Source of the DNA: Sphyrna mokarran | Lineage: Eukaryota | Assembly (NCBI GenBank): GCA_024679065.1 | Contig: JAGIQG010000006.1 | Span: forward strand, 72,478,001-72,542,000 | Direction: 5' to 3' | DNA: 64,000 nt | In this document: in pieces, positions 26,401-37,500 of the stretch | Numbering within the stretch: position 1 is the first letter of the stretch | How the letters are laid out: the number at the start of each line of letters is the position of its first letter | Program-made: the position numbers and the translations under genes | Notes under the pieces: generated by a model | The model's input: only the letters and a program-made list of their open reading frames with translations | Databases searched by the model: none | What the model was told of the DNA's origin: nothing

Positions 26401-27601
26401 AGAAATGTTACCCTCAACGCCATGAACTGTTTTTCTGCAAAATAACCTTTGATGTGACACCTTGTCAAATGCCTGCTGGAAATCTAAGTACAACATAAAC
26501 CCAGAATTTCCCTTCTGCTTGTTACTTCCCCAAACAACTCCAATAAATGAGGTAAACATGACTTCCCTTTCAAAAGACACGTCAACTCTGCCCGATTTCA
26601 CTGAAATCTTCTAAGTGCCCTGCTAGAAACACCTTAAAAATAGATGCTAGCAATTGCCTTGTGACAGATGTTAATCTAATTGTCCTGTTGTTTCCTGATT
26701 TTTGCCTCCCTTCTTTCTCAAATAAGGGAGTCGCATTTGCTATTTTCCAATCTGATGATTCCTTTATAGAATCTAAGAAATTTTAGAAATTTAAAACCAA
26801 TGCCTCTTCTGTCTCAGCAGCCACTTATTTAAGGTTCCTAGGATAAACTCCATCAGAGCCTGGGGGCTTATCAGCTTATAGTTCTAATAATTTTCTCAGT
26901 ACCTTTTCTCCAGTGATTGAAATTTTTCCAAGTTACTCTCTCTCTTCCAGTTCCTAATTCATAATTATTTCAGGGATGTTACTTGTATCATTTACATTGA
27001 AAACAGATGCAAAACATCTGATAGATTCATCCACCATTTCTTTATTTTCCATTATTAATTCCCCCAACTTACTCTCTTGAGGTCCATTGCTCACTTAACT
27101 TATTCTTTTCCTTTTTAAACAACTAGCATATTTTCCTTTCAAAGTACTTGTAGAAAGATTTACTATCTGTTTTTATATTTCTATCTAGCTTTCCCTCACT
27201 CTCTTATCTCTCCGTCCTTATTAATCATTTTAGTTATTTATATTCTGTCCTATCTTCTAATCTGCCCTCCACTTTGTAGAATGATATGCTTTTTCCTTCG
27301 ATTTCAGACTATCATTAATTTCTTTAGTTGCCACGGATATTGAGACCTTCCCGTAGAGTGTGCTCCTTTCTCAGCGGAAAGCTTCTTTTCTGACTATATT
27401 GAATTATCCCCTAAAATGTTTGAAACTGCATCCTTGCTGATCTATCCCTTAACTGAGTTTCCCCAATTGCTTTAGCTAGCTCTATCTTCTTGCCCTCATA
27501 ATTGCCTTTACTTGCGATGAAAACACTGGTCTTAGTCCCCCAAGTTGGAGATTTTTAAAAAATATTTTGGGAATATACTGGTGTTCTGTAAAGGAGACTC
27601 A

Positions 27602-27670
27602 GTGTGTGTGTGCCTGTGCGTGTCTGTATTGCGTGTGTGTGTCTATTGTGTGCCCACACGTGTATGCATG
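27602..27670. repeat. Degenerate (TG)n microsatellite
   Basis: gtgtgtgtgtgcctgtgcgtgtctgtattgcgtgtgtgtgtc. Confidence 0.8.
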
Positions 27671-28149
27671 TATGATTTATTTAAGATAGAAAAGGTTAAT
27701 AGAAACAGTGGACTTCTTCTACCCTCCTGCTGGCAAGATCCAAGGTGGGCAGGAAATTCTATGGGAGGCCATGATCAGTTTCATGTGAACTTATGGTGTG
27801 AACTTACTGTGGATCTTCTGAAGATACCCTATGGTGGATCAGGAATCCCACTGGATGTGTGAAATTAATTTACATCTCACTAAAGGGTTGGCTGGAATCT
27901 TCCTCCAAACCCAATGGTTACACTGGCAGGAAAGCATGCCTTGTCCAAAACACACCTGGACCAATGTGGCATGTAAAGGTCAGGCCTTAAAAAAGACCGG
28001 GGGATGTCTTTAAAATGGAGGTCACCAGTGACCAGTCATGCTGGAACATCACACCAGCATGTGATGGTGGTGGGTGGACTCTAGCAAGTGGTTATTCCAG
28101 TTTCAAGGTCTTTGAGGAAATCCAGCTTGTTTCTTCAGGAGGTTCATCT

Positions 28150-28290
28150 TCTTTATTCAATGATGGGTCAATGATGTTGGATGCCTTTTCAATATGATGC
28201 CTGGGTATGATGGTGGGACATGCACAATTATATATGCTGGGGATAGAAGATGGTTTCCTCCTAGTCTTTGCAACATGAAACACTCCCTTT
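28150..28290 (-). mobile_element. Rex1/Babar-like LINE fragment
   Basis: ORF 28092-28283 PSSIPSIY...KASNIIDPS resembles the Rex1 C-terminus. Confidence 0.5.
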
Positions 28291-28374
28291 CTTCAGTAAC
28301 ACCAGCAGTCTTAGCCCCAGATGAGAGAATTCCTCCCAACTTGTCTGTGGGAGGTGAGACACAAAAGGGTACAA

Positions 28375-28768
28375 AGAGCAAAGAACAAAGAACAACACAG
28401 CACAGGCCCTTTGGCCCCACAAACCCACACCGCCCATTTTAACACTTAACGAGTGCCTGAATCCAATCCTTCTTCTACCTACAACTTTTGTCTATACCTC
28501 TTGGACTCCACAATAAAGGGGTGCAAATTTAGAGAATTATATGTGTGCCAGATTAAGGGAGGTCTAATTTAGGGACAATTTGTTAACAGCAATCAGCCTA
28601 AAAGCATGTTTTTGGGCTGTGGGAGGAAACCGGAGCACCTGGAAAAACCCATGCAAGCACAGGGAAAATGTGCCAACTCCCACGGACACCGACCCAAGTT
28701 GGAGATCCGACCCGGGTCCCTGTGTCTGCACAACAAACAGTGATAGTCACTGAGCTGTTGTGTTGCCT
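28375..28768 (-). mobile_element. HE1/V-SINE-like element with a CR1-type tail
   Basis: tgtgggaggaaaccggagcacctgg..aacccatgca (reverse-complement V core) and (acaaaga)n terminus. Confidence 0.75.
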
Positions 28769-28999
28769 GTTAGCTGGTCCAATTTAAGCGTACTCTAGTG
28801 ACATGAAGCACTAAGCAACTCTCGAAGCAACATCCAAGAGCAGCGCCCACACAACCCACTGTGTGTATGCCCCTTGTTGGCCAACAAGGCAGACTGAATC
28901 ATCCGTGGATATGAAAAAAGAGACATCAATAAACATACACAGCTTATACAGACATTAATGGAAAATCCCCAGAAGCTCAAACGTAAAAGACAGGTGAGC

Positions 29000-29762
29000 C
29001 ATAAAATATGTTGGACGGCCCATACGAATCTATTGATTCTCAGGAACGTCCTGAGGCTCTTGATCCTTAACTAGAACATTCTTTTGTATCCCTCCATCTC
29101 TAGTCTGCTCATGTGCCTATCTAGCTAAGCCTTAAACAACTCTAGCATGCCTGCCTCCATCACCCTATCTGGCTGTGCATTCCGGGCCTTATAACCCTCT
29201 GTGTGAAACACTCCCTCGAACATCTGAATTATACCTCACCCCTCCAACCCTAAGCCTATGGCCCCTTGTGATTTTCGTATCCAACCTGGGAAAAAACTTC
29301 ACTCTATCTATACCCTTCATAATCTTATAGACCTCTATTAGGTCTCCCCTTATTCTCCATCTTTCCAAGGAGAACAGTCCCAATTTGCCCAATCTCTCCT
29401 CATAGCTAAGACCTTCCATAGCAGGCAGCATCCTGGTAAACATCCTCTGCACTCTCTCCAGGCTCTCCATGTCCTTCCGGTAGTGCGGCAACAAGAACTG
29501 GACGCAGTACTCCAAATGTGTTCTAACCAATGTTCTATACAACTGCAACATTACACGCCAGCTTTTATACTCTATACCCCTTTCTGTGAAGGCAAGCATA
29601 CCATATACCTTATTCACCACCTTCTCCACCTGTATTGCCACCTTCAAGGACTTGTGAACTTGCATGCCTAGATCCCTCTGTGTTTCCATACTCTTAATAG
29701 TCCTACCATTTATTGTAAAACTCCCCCCTATGTTATTTCTTCCAAAATGCATCATCTCGCAT
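29000..29762 (-). mobile_element. Relatively young 5'-truncated CR1 ORF2 C-terminus
   Basis: 188-aa ORF 29189-29755: MHFGR...QRDLG...LYRTLVRTHLEYCVQF..PHYRKD..LERVQR..RGDLIEVYKIMKG. Confidence 0.95.
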
Positions 29763-30164
29763 AAAGGATTTATATGTATGAATTGGTAATAAGAGGTTCT
29801 GATGAAGTTGATTTACAAGTAAATAGGTTGGGTTTTAGAAGTTGCACCAGGAGATCATAAGGATTTGGCTATCAAATTTCAATGGGAAATTTAGAGGACT
29901 TTCTCAATTTAAAGGTTTCATACCAATGTGTTTCTGGAATTCTATGTTTCTAGGATCACTAACTGCTTTTCTCATCGATTTCAAAATACAAAAAAAGGTT
30001 AGGATCAATAAGACAAGTTTCCCTCTGGGATTTGGATTGCCAGGGAAATAATATCTGTTATGGTCATAACAACATCAAATTCATACATTTTATGATCACT
30101 ACTATCTAGCTGTGTCTTCATTATGAGATTATTCATTGATCTTGTCATGTTGCACATTACCAGA

Positions 30165-30821
30165 GGTCAGTCATCTCAACTCCTGGAAATCATTGCAGAG
30201 ATTTCTCAAGGCAGCATCCTAGCCCTATCCATCTTCAGCTGCTTCATCAATGACCTTCCTTCCATCATAAGGTCAGAAAGGGGAATGTTTGCTGATTTTT
30301 GCACAATATTCAATTTCATTCACAATTCCTCTGATACTGAAGCAGCCCGTGGTCAAATGAAACAAGACCTGGACAATATCAAGGCCTGGACTGACAAATG
30401 GAAAGTAACATTTGTGCCACGCAAGAGCCAGGCAATGACCATCTCTAACAAGAGAGAATCTAACCATCACCGCTTGAAAATCAGCGACGTTAGGAGTATA
30501 ACTGTGTATTATGTACAAAATACACTGCATCAAAACACGTTCCAAATCCACGAACACTACCGTCCAGAAAAATGTAAGCAACAGAAGCCTGGATACACTA
30601 TTACATAGAAGTTCTTCTCCAAACCACCCATCATCCTGACTTGGAAATAAATCACCATTCCTTCACTGTGACTCACTTTCTCTCCCTAACAGCACCATAG
30701 GTGTACATGGACTGCAGTGATTCAAGAAGACATCTCACCATCACCTTCTCAAGGGAAATTAGCAATGGGCAATTGATGCTGGCCTATCCAGCAAGCTCCT
30801 ATCCCATGAATGAATTAAAAA
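30165..30821 (+). mobile_element. CR1/L2-group LINE fragment (RT core plus 3' tail) inserted into the old CR1
   Basis: SQGSILALSIFSCFINDLP...GMFADF...QDLDNIKAWTDKWKVTF; tail tcccatgaatgaattaaaaa; flanked by aga/aga, and the host CR1 rejoins cleanly across it. Confidence 0.9.
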
Positions 30822-32906
30822 AGATCTACGTAGCCTCCTCCTTGATTGTTGTTAAAATGTGCTGTCTAGGAAAATGTCCTGAAAACATTCCAAGCTATCC
30901 CTAATTTGTCCAATCGATACGTAGATTAAAATCATCCATGATTATTTCTTTCTCAAAAGACCCCAATATCTTTTCCTGTATAGCACTGCCCCCCCACAAT
31001 GTGATTACCATTAGGGGGATTATAGACCATTCCCACAAGTAACGTCTTACCTTTAATATTCCTCTACCCAAACTGATTCTATGTCATGATATCCAGAACT
31101 AAGGTAATCTCTCTTTTGTACCAACGTCATCGTAAATTACCAGGTCTATCCCTCCACTTTTTTCCAAGCTTCCTGTCTTTCCCAAATGTCACCTACCCTT
31201 GTACATTCAGATCACAGTCTTTGTCATCCAACAGACATGTCTCTAAAATGGCTATCGGATCATACATATTTATTTCAATTTATGCTGCAAATGTATCTGT
31301 TTTGTTATGAATGCCACATTCATTCAGCCTTTAGTTATGTCTTTATAATACTTTTCTAACATCCAATCTTATCGGCTGGTGTTCTCTTAGCTTTGTACAC
31401 TCTACCACTTTCTGTCATGGTTGCACCCTTGCTTTGTTTTCTCTATTTAACTTATCAAATTTTCCCAAATTTGATCTATCGCTCTACTATTTAGTTTAAA
31501 GCTCTCTCTATTGCCCTGGTTATACAACTTGCCAGAACAGTCATCCCAGCATGGTTCAGATGAAAACTATCCTGATGGTACAACTTCCATTTTCCTCAAT
31601 ATTGGTGTCAGTGCCCCAGAAATTGAAATCCATTTCTCCCACACCAATCTTTGAACCAAGCATTTAACACTTGAATCTAAATCCTCCATGCCAATTTGTG
31701 CACAGCTCAGCTAATAGTCCAGAGATTCTTACCTTTGAGGTTCTGCTTTTTAGCTTAGATTGTAGCTGCTTATTTTCCTTCAGCAGCATCTCTTTTGGAG
31801 TTCTTTGCCTGTTAGTGGTAGTGTTCTTCCTTTTCTAGGTAGGATCTCTGTACTCTCCTTGTATCCCAAACCAACTGACTTGAAATTGCTCTTCAAAATT
31901 GCTTTAATGTTTCTTAATACAAATGTTTTCTGTCTGTTGACCATAGTCATGGTATTTCCATTGTCTACATAAAGGATCCCTAACTACGTAGGCATTGGCA
32001 TACAATGGAGTTTGAGTTTTGGCCATTTACACCTTCATGTGTAGAATGGATCTTCCTTATACTATTGTGTGGCATTCCATTCTGTGACCAATAAGTCTGG
32101 GTGATTATTGTGCACTAGTTGTTTCAGGTATCTGTACAATGGCAGCTGTTAATTCCACAGGAAAGATCTGTTGCGTATTAATGTCTTTTCAATAGAATGT
32201 CTCAAAAAGCTTTTTTTACATTTTAATGTCCTGTTCATTCAAGCAGGCTAAATTTCAGCCTTGGGCAATTTCATGTGTATTGGCAGCCAAGGAAGGGGAT
32301 CACCTGACCAACTTGACTCCATCTTATTACATTGCATTCTGTCTATTTTCCATTTGATTTTCAACATAAAGAGTATCTATTTCCATAAAATGGTAGGTAA
32401 AACTACTTGGGCATATCAGTGTGTAAAAGACCTTCCTGATTTATCATTCCATTCCGTTGTTCCGGACTCCCACAATTGTGGATGTGATTGTAACCATAGC
32501 ACTTCAACCAGCGACAACTTCAACTCAGTGCTGGAAAGTAAATGAAGCAGATCTGCTACTGCTAGCGGCATAGAGAACGAACTTAAAACATGGTTTTGCC
32601 TCATGCTTCCCTGGGCACCTGACACAGTTACACATACAACAAGCAACCGCACAGGCTGAATACTAGCTACCATTGGGCAGGACTTTAAAAGGCAGATTTA
32701 AACAGCTATCCACCCACTCCTCCGTAAAAGTGAACATTGTGACATTAGGTCAGGCAGCCGACAGCATTATGCTCATCTGCAGTAATATGGCAGACGAGCG
32801 GATCTGAAATCCAAAGTCTGCCAGCCTTTTGAATCCAGGCAATCTAATTAAAGCCATTAAATTGCAAATGCTATCACATTTTGGATGGAATTTTCTCAAA
32901 CATTGT

Positions 32907-33033
32907 GGGATGAATTTTCCTGCTCTGCCCACTATGGGAATCTGAGTGGGCAAGGGACAGAGTGTGGAAAGGTCCATTGAGCTTGGATGGGATTTTCTAG
33001 TTTCGGAGTGAGTGCAACCCAAAAATCCTGCCC
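32907..33033. mobile_element. Small (127-bp) Harbinger-type MITE with TGT TSD
   Basis: tgt|gggatgaatttt ... aaaatcctgccc|tgt; homologous to 36213-36339, the copy at about 37012-37139 and 62493-62753. Confidence 0.8.
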
Positions 33034-33057
33034 TGTAAACGGTCGAGAAAGATCTAG

Positions 33058-33645
33058 CAACATGCAGGTACTACGACAATGGATGAATGAACACCGCTTG
33101 ACAATCACCAGGCAAGACTGTTCTCTTCCTATTGGCAAATGCTTCAGCAGTCACAATCATTTGGCTTCTGATCTTCGGATAAACATTCTCCAAGGTGGCC
33201 TTCACGACACAGGACAGCACACAGTCGCTGAGCAGAAATTGATAGCAAAGTTCCGCACACATGAGGACTGTCTCAACCAGGATCTTGGGTTCATTTACAC
33301 AATCTGTAACCTCCATGACTTGCCTGGGCTTGCAACATCTCACTTACTGTCCTATCTGGAGACAATACACATCTCTTTAACCTATGCTGAATGCTATCTC
33401 CACTCACATTTTCTGCACCTTTAAGACTTGATTAGCTGTAGACACTTGCATTCTAATCAGTATCCTGTAAACTGAGTGCATGCCTTTATATGCTCTGTTT
33501 GTGATCACAACTCCTCACTCACTGGACGAAGGGGCAAAGCCCGAAAGCTAGTGGCGTTTATTACCAAATAAACCTATTGGACTTTAACCTGGTGTTGTGA
33601 GACTTCTTACTATGTTTACCCCAGTCCAACACCAGCATTGTCACA
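33058..33645 (+). mobile_element. 5'-truncated Penelope-like element: GIY-YIG endonuclease C-terminus plus pLTR with a hammerhead core (33520-33553)
   Basis: MQVLRQWMNEHR...LPIGKCFS..NH.ASDLRINILQ...EQKLIAKFRTHEDCLNQD; then cac-tggacga-a-ggggcaaagccc-gaaa-gc-ta-gtg and the pLTR tail. Confidence 0.9.
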
Positions 33646-33649
33646 ACAC

Positions 33650-34510
33650 AAGGTCTAAGGGTGCCATTATACAGGTGCCCAATCACCCAGTATACTTTGT
33701 ACACGGTGTACCGAGAGATTTATCACTCCCGCAACTCTCACGGACATTGCTCCCTCCCGATCACCCCTCAACATCAAACCCCTCCCCCACTGTTGCCACA
33801 GTGAACACTCCACCCCCCCCCCCCCCGCCCGCCCCTACTGCAGCCCTGGCCAGTGGCGCCGCCATCTCCCAGCCAATTACCCCACCTAGCCCTCAGCCAC
33901 ATGGCCCGGGCTGATTATCCCCTCGATTGTGACTGCAGCTAGTTATCCCCACAGCTGGTGCCCTGCCAGTCAACTGTTCCCTTCCCATCACTCTATGGAG
34001 CTCCCAAATCTCCCACATCATGGCTCTTCTTCTTCAGTCGCCCAATTAGGCCCCATACCCTCTGCCACCTTCATGGTGGTTGGTGCAGTCCGTTGGTAAT
34101 GCCTGGTGCCAGTGGGCAGTGCCAAAGTTCCAGGTGGCATTTTCATGGTGTCAGGTTGGCACTGCCCCAATGGCACTGACTGACTCTGTCCCAACCATCC
34201 AGGCAGCTTCAAGAACCTTGGGCCGCTCCGGCGAGGCAATCATGCCTGGCCCCTGTTGGTGGGGACCACTTGTGATTCTCACTGCTGAGGATCTTGATTG
34301 GCAAGGAGATTGAGATAAGTGAGTCCAGCCAATAATGTTTGGGGCTCTTTAATGACATGCTAAACATTTTACCAATATCAGCTTCTCCCCTTCCAAGGTG
34401 TGATGTTGATTTCACCAGCAGAAAGGGACCAGAATGATTGCAAGAGGTGAGAAATTGGGCAGCTACCTGATTTTCCATGTATCCCTCAATCTTACAGGTT
34501 CACTGCGCCA
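33650..34510. mobile_element. Harbinger-type large MITE copy, TIRs decayed
   Basis: 34430-34500 is the reverse-complement homologue of 24050-24120 (ctgtaagattg...ttctcacctct); ggcactgcc-rich, C-run interior. Confidence 0.7.
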
Positions 34511-34949
34511 ATCAACCAGCATAGTCATTATTCAGGAACTGCAGAGGCCAAGTGATAGCAGATTTTCAGATGCAGCAAAGTACACTAAAGTTGAGCCTAC
34601 TGCTCGAGGTGAGGGACGTTTAATGCATCAATCTGGGGTCAACTGTTCAAGATGATACACTGCAAAGAAGACTTTAGATGGGAGTTACACCTCAGAGGGC
34701 TTTGGAGCCACAGGAGAATCCTTAAAAAGGGAAGGGTGAAATGAAGAAATCAAGAGTTTACTATGCCTCAGAAGAACTGTGCACGCTGATGCAGGGTCCT
34801 CCTATTGAAGGAGATGGAAGAGGAAGGGGCCAGTATTTCAGAGATAGCAGCACCCAGCTGACAGGTACATGAGGCACCTCGTGATGTTCAAGGAACAGAA
34901 GGCTGCAGAAACCATCATAAGCAAGGCAGTCCAAGGCAGTCCACCCTGC

Positions 34950-35930
34950 AGGTGGACGTCCATTGTGTGCTCAAAACTATCTGCAACTATCAGAGCTCCA
35001 GTGTTCTCTCTGGCAGCACCTCCCCCAGGAGTTAGTGTTTTATTTTGCAAGTTTCTGGCAAGAGAAATGAGTGGCATGTGCTGGTGGTCACCTGATGCCT
35101 ACGGCTCTCAAAATAACAGTAGCCTTGAACTTTTATGCCCCGGTCTCATTGTAGGGAACAACCGGAGATCTGTGCGGCATCCAGCAGATGTCAGCACATC
35201 ACTGCATCAAGATGGACATGGATATAACTTTTCAAGAGAGTGGGCAACATTTTTCACTTCATCATGGACATGTAATTTCAAACTAAGACAGCTAGAGGGT
35301 TTGGTGCCATAGCTGGTTTTCACATAGTTCAAGGAATCATTGACTGCATATGTGACCATTAAAGATCCCGCTGTCCAATCAAGCGCATTTGTGAACTGCA
35401 AGGTATTTCATTCCCTGGACGTTCAACATGTTTGTAATATCTACCACAGCATCATGCAACTCTGTATGAGGAACTCTGCAGCCATGATACCTACATCTTC
35501 AGGCTCTCACAGCTATTTGTGCCATCAGTACAATTGGAACAATAGATACTTGCAACAAGCTACAAGATGGCTCAAGACCATTGTAGGGAATCAGCATTCA
35601 GAGACTGAGCACCATTACAGTGTGAATCATTTATTTACCAGGATCATCATTCCACTCAGAGTGAGATTCTGATGTTTGGCCTGAGCTAGTGGAACATTCC
35701 TGCTTGAGTCTCCCTGATTATGATTGTCTGCTGCACTCCAGAGGCAGTGAGTGTTGGAGGAAGAGGGTGAGCTGGCAGAAGAAGATCTCATTTACCCTTC
35801 TACATATCAAATAAAGAAATAAATGAGGAATCAGAAGAAGATCAAGAGGATCCAGAGTGGCTTGAGGGCCAGCAGGGACTGGGTGCCAGGAGATCTGAGA
35901 ATTTCTCTTACTGAGTTCTTTTCTTGATGA
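34950..35930 (+). pseudogene. PIF/Harbinger DDE transposase (HARBI1-like family), decayed
   Basis: GGHLMPTALKITVALNFYAPVSL*GTTGDLCGI; ARGFGAIAGFHIVQGIIDC; FVNCKVFHSLDVQHVC; WLKT....SETEHHYSVNHLFTR; RF*CL; acidic tail; stops and frameshifts throughout. Confidence 0.9.
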
Positions 35931-36166
35931 TGCGGAAGTCTTTGAACACTAGCAGCAGTGATATGCAATCTTCCATTCTGTCTATTCCAAGTCACTAGCA
36001 TCAAGGACAACACTGCACAGTGCACCAGCAAAGGAGCTTCTGCAGATTGATGTCACCTCGGTCATCACAAAACAGGCTACTTATCTTTTATACCATCACC
36101 GAGATTATCATAACAACAAATTATTCATATTTAGTCACATGCATTCAATAAAGATCCTGAAAACAA

Positions 36167-36409
36167 ACATTCATGCAAAAAGAAACCACATTGAACACCC
36201 ATAATAACACAGGGGTGGGATTTTATGGCCTCGATCTTCCTCAAATTATAAAATCCCACTTGAGATCAACAAACATTCCATTGTCCACCCCTCGCCCGCT
36301 CTGATTTCCATGGTGGGCAGGGACAGTAAAATTCTGGGCTGTGTGTCTACTGCGATTTCTTGATTCTTCTACATGTGCTCTGCCATGGTGCCCCCACCTT
36401 CCTTCCCTC
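36167..36409 (+). repeat. Direct repeat copy 1 (about 243 bp, contains the 127-bp MITE 36213-36339)
   Basis: Near-identical to 36965-37209 (more than 90% by eye). Confidence 0.95.
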
Positions 36410-36585
36410 ACGCCTCACACCCTTTCCATGCTGTCAGTTGCATTGGAGCATGCTGCTGACCTTCAAGATGCTTTGACACAATGACCTTGCTGGCATCCTC
36501 TTGCCGCCTGAGGCCAAAGAGCTCCCATGTTATGATGGTCTCTTGCACAATTTGCACCTCTGAGGTGCTGTTGCTACAGGCAGAG

Positions 36586-36810
36586 ATGATGTGGAGATGC
36601 CGGCGTTTGTCTGGGGTAAACACAAAAGAATTCTCACAATACCAAGTTAAAGTCCAACAGGTTTATTTGGCAGCAAACACCGCAAGTTTTTGGAGTGCTG
36701 CTCCTTTATCAGGTGAATCATCTGAAGAAGGAACAGCCAGTTCCAAAAGCTATTAAAATAAACCTATTGGACTTTAATATGGTGTTGTGAGACTTTCCAC
36801 TGTGTTTGTC
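36586..36810. mobile_element. 225-bp fold-back Penelope mini-element with two opposed hammerhead cores and a 10-bp TSD
   Basis: TSD acaggcagag at 36576-36585 and 36811-36820; symmetry centre near 36717; cores at 36681-36715 (-) and 36719-36752 (+). Confidence 0.9.
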
Positions 36811-36964
36811 ACAGGCAGAGGGACAGAGGATCTGCAGACACCATAAAGGTGCCCTGAGAGGAGCCCCCAGATGCAGACAGCTGCCATTGTGAGGAAAATC
36901 TTTACCATCCCACTTACCTGAGAAGGACAGGATCCTGGTGGATCCTCATCCCTCTTGCACATTG

Positions 36965-37209
36965 ACATTCATGCAAAAAAACCCCCACAGTGAACACCCA
37001 TAATAACCCAGGGGTGGGATTTTATGGCCTCGCTCTTCCTGAAATTATCAAATCCCACTTGAGGTCAACAAACATTCCCATTGTCCACCCCTCACCCGCT
37101 CTGATTTCCATGGTGGGCAGGGACAGTAAAATTCTGGGCTGTGTGCCTACTGTGATTTCTTGATTCTTCTACATGTGCTCTGCTATGGTGCCCCCATCTT
37201 CCTTCCCTC
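36965..37209 (+). repeat. Direct repeat copy 2
   Basis: acattcatgcaaaaa...ttccttccctc matches 36167-36409. Confidence 0.95.
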
Positions 37210-37379
37210 TTGCTGTGGTGGTAGAAATAACAGCTGAGACAGAGGTTAGCACCGAGGCCGGATGTGCTGCCAAATGATGCAGGTTCCCTCTCCCCTCTGC
37301 CTCTCCTTACTGAGCTGCCTACATTCTGAGCTGATAAGCAGCCACACACCAGATGCTGACCCTCAGTGTGTCGGCTACA

Positions 37380-37500
37380 ACACTGACCATTCTTTTAAAG
37401 CATTGCTGGAACCTCTTTCTGGCTGCAAGATGTCTCATCATCATTAATTTGCCAGCATCCTCCCAACATTCCTCTATGCTTTGTGGCAGTCAACTTTCAG
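37380..37500 (-). pseudogene. Possible Myb/SANT-like ORF remnant of the Harbinger element
   Basis: EECWEDAGKLM...RKRFQQCF loosely fits the W..A......R...QC.K trihelix pattern and converges on the transposase. Confidence 0.35.

Larger units (their letters stand above)
26405..31810 (-). mobile_element. Old long CR1 (ORF1 esterase, EN, N-terminal RT) fragmented by nested insertions at 27545-30070 and 30165-30821
   Basis: YLDFQQAFDKVSHQRL (ORF 26329-26601); LVMCN...SSDH (30072-30164); IIMDDFNLRIDW (about 30905-30945); esterase-like KLYHQDSFHLNHAG (about 31545-31590). Confidence 0.8.

Noticed and set aside
29189-29755. Longest ORF (188 aa) as a host gene
   Set aside because: It is the C-terminus of CR1 ORF2, 5'-truncated and followed by the element's 3' UTR.
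33597-34478. Overlapping Pro/Gly-rich ORFs (also at 14077, 20335-20808 and 51700-52705)
   Set aside because: A by-product of GC-rich MITE interiors with few stop codons; no domain signature.
34950-35930. Domesticated HARBI1 gene
   Set aside because: In-frame stops, frameshifts and deletions across the catalytic region indicate a dead transposon copy.
36167-37209. LTR pair of a TRIM-like element
   Set aside because: No TG...CA termini, PBS/PPT or flanking TSD; the repeats consist of a MITE plus host-element sequence.
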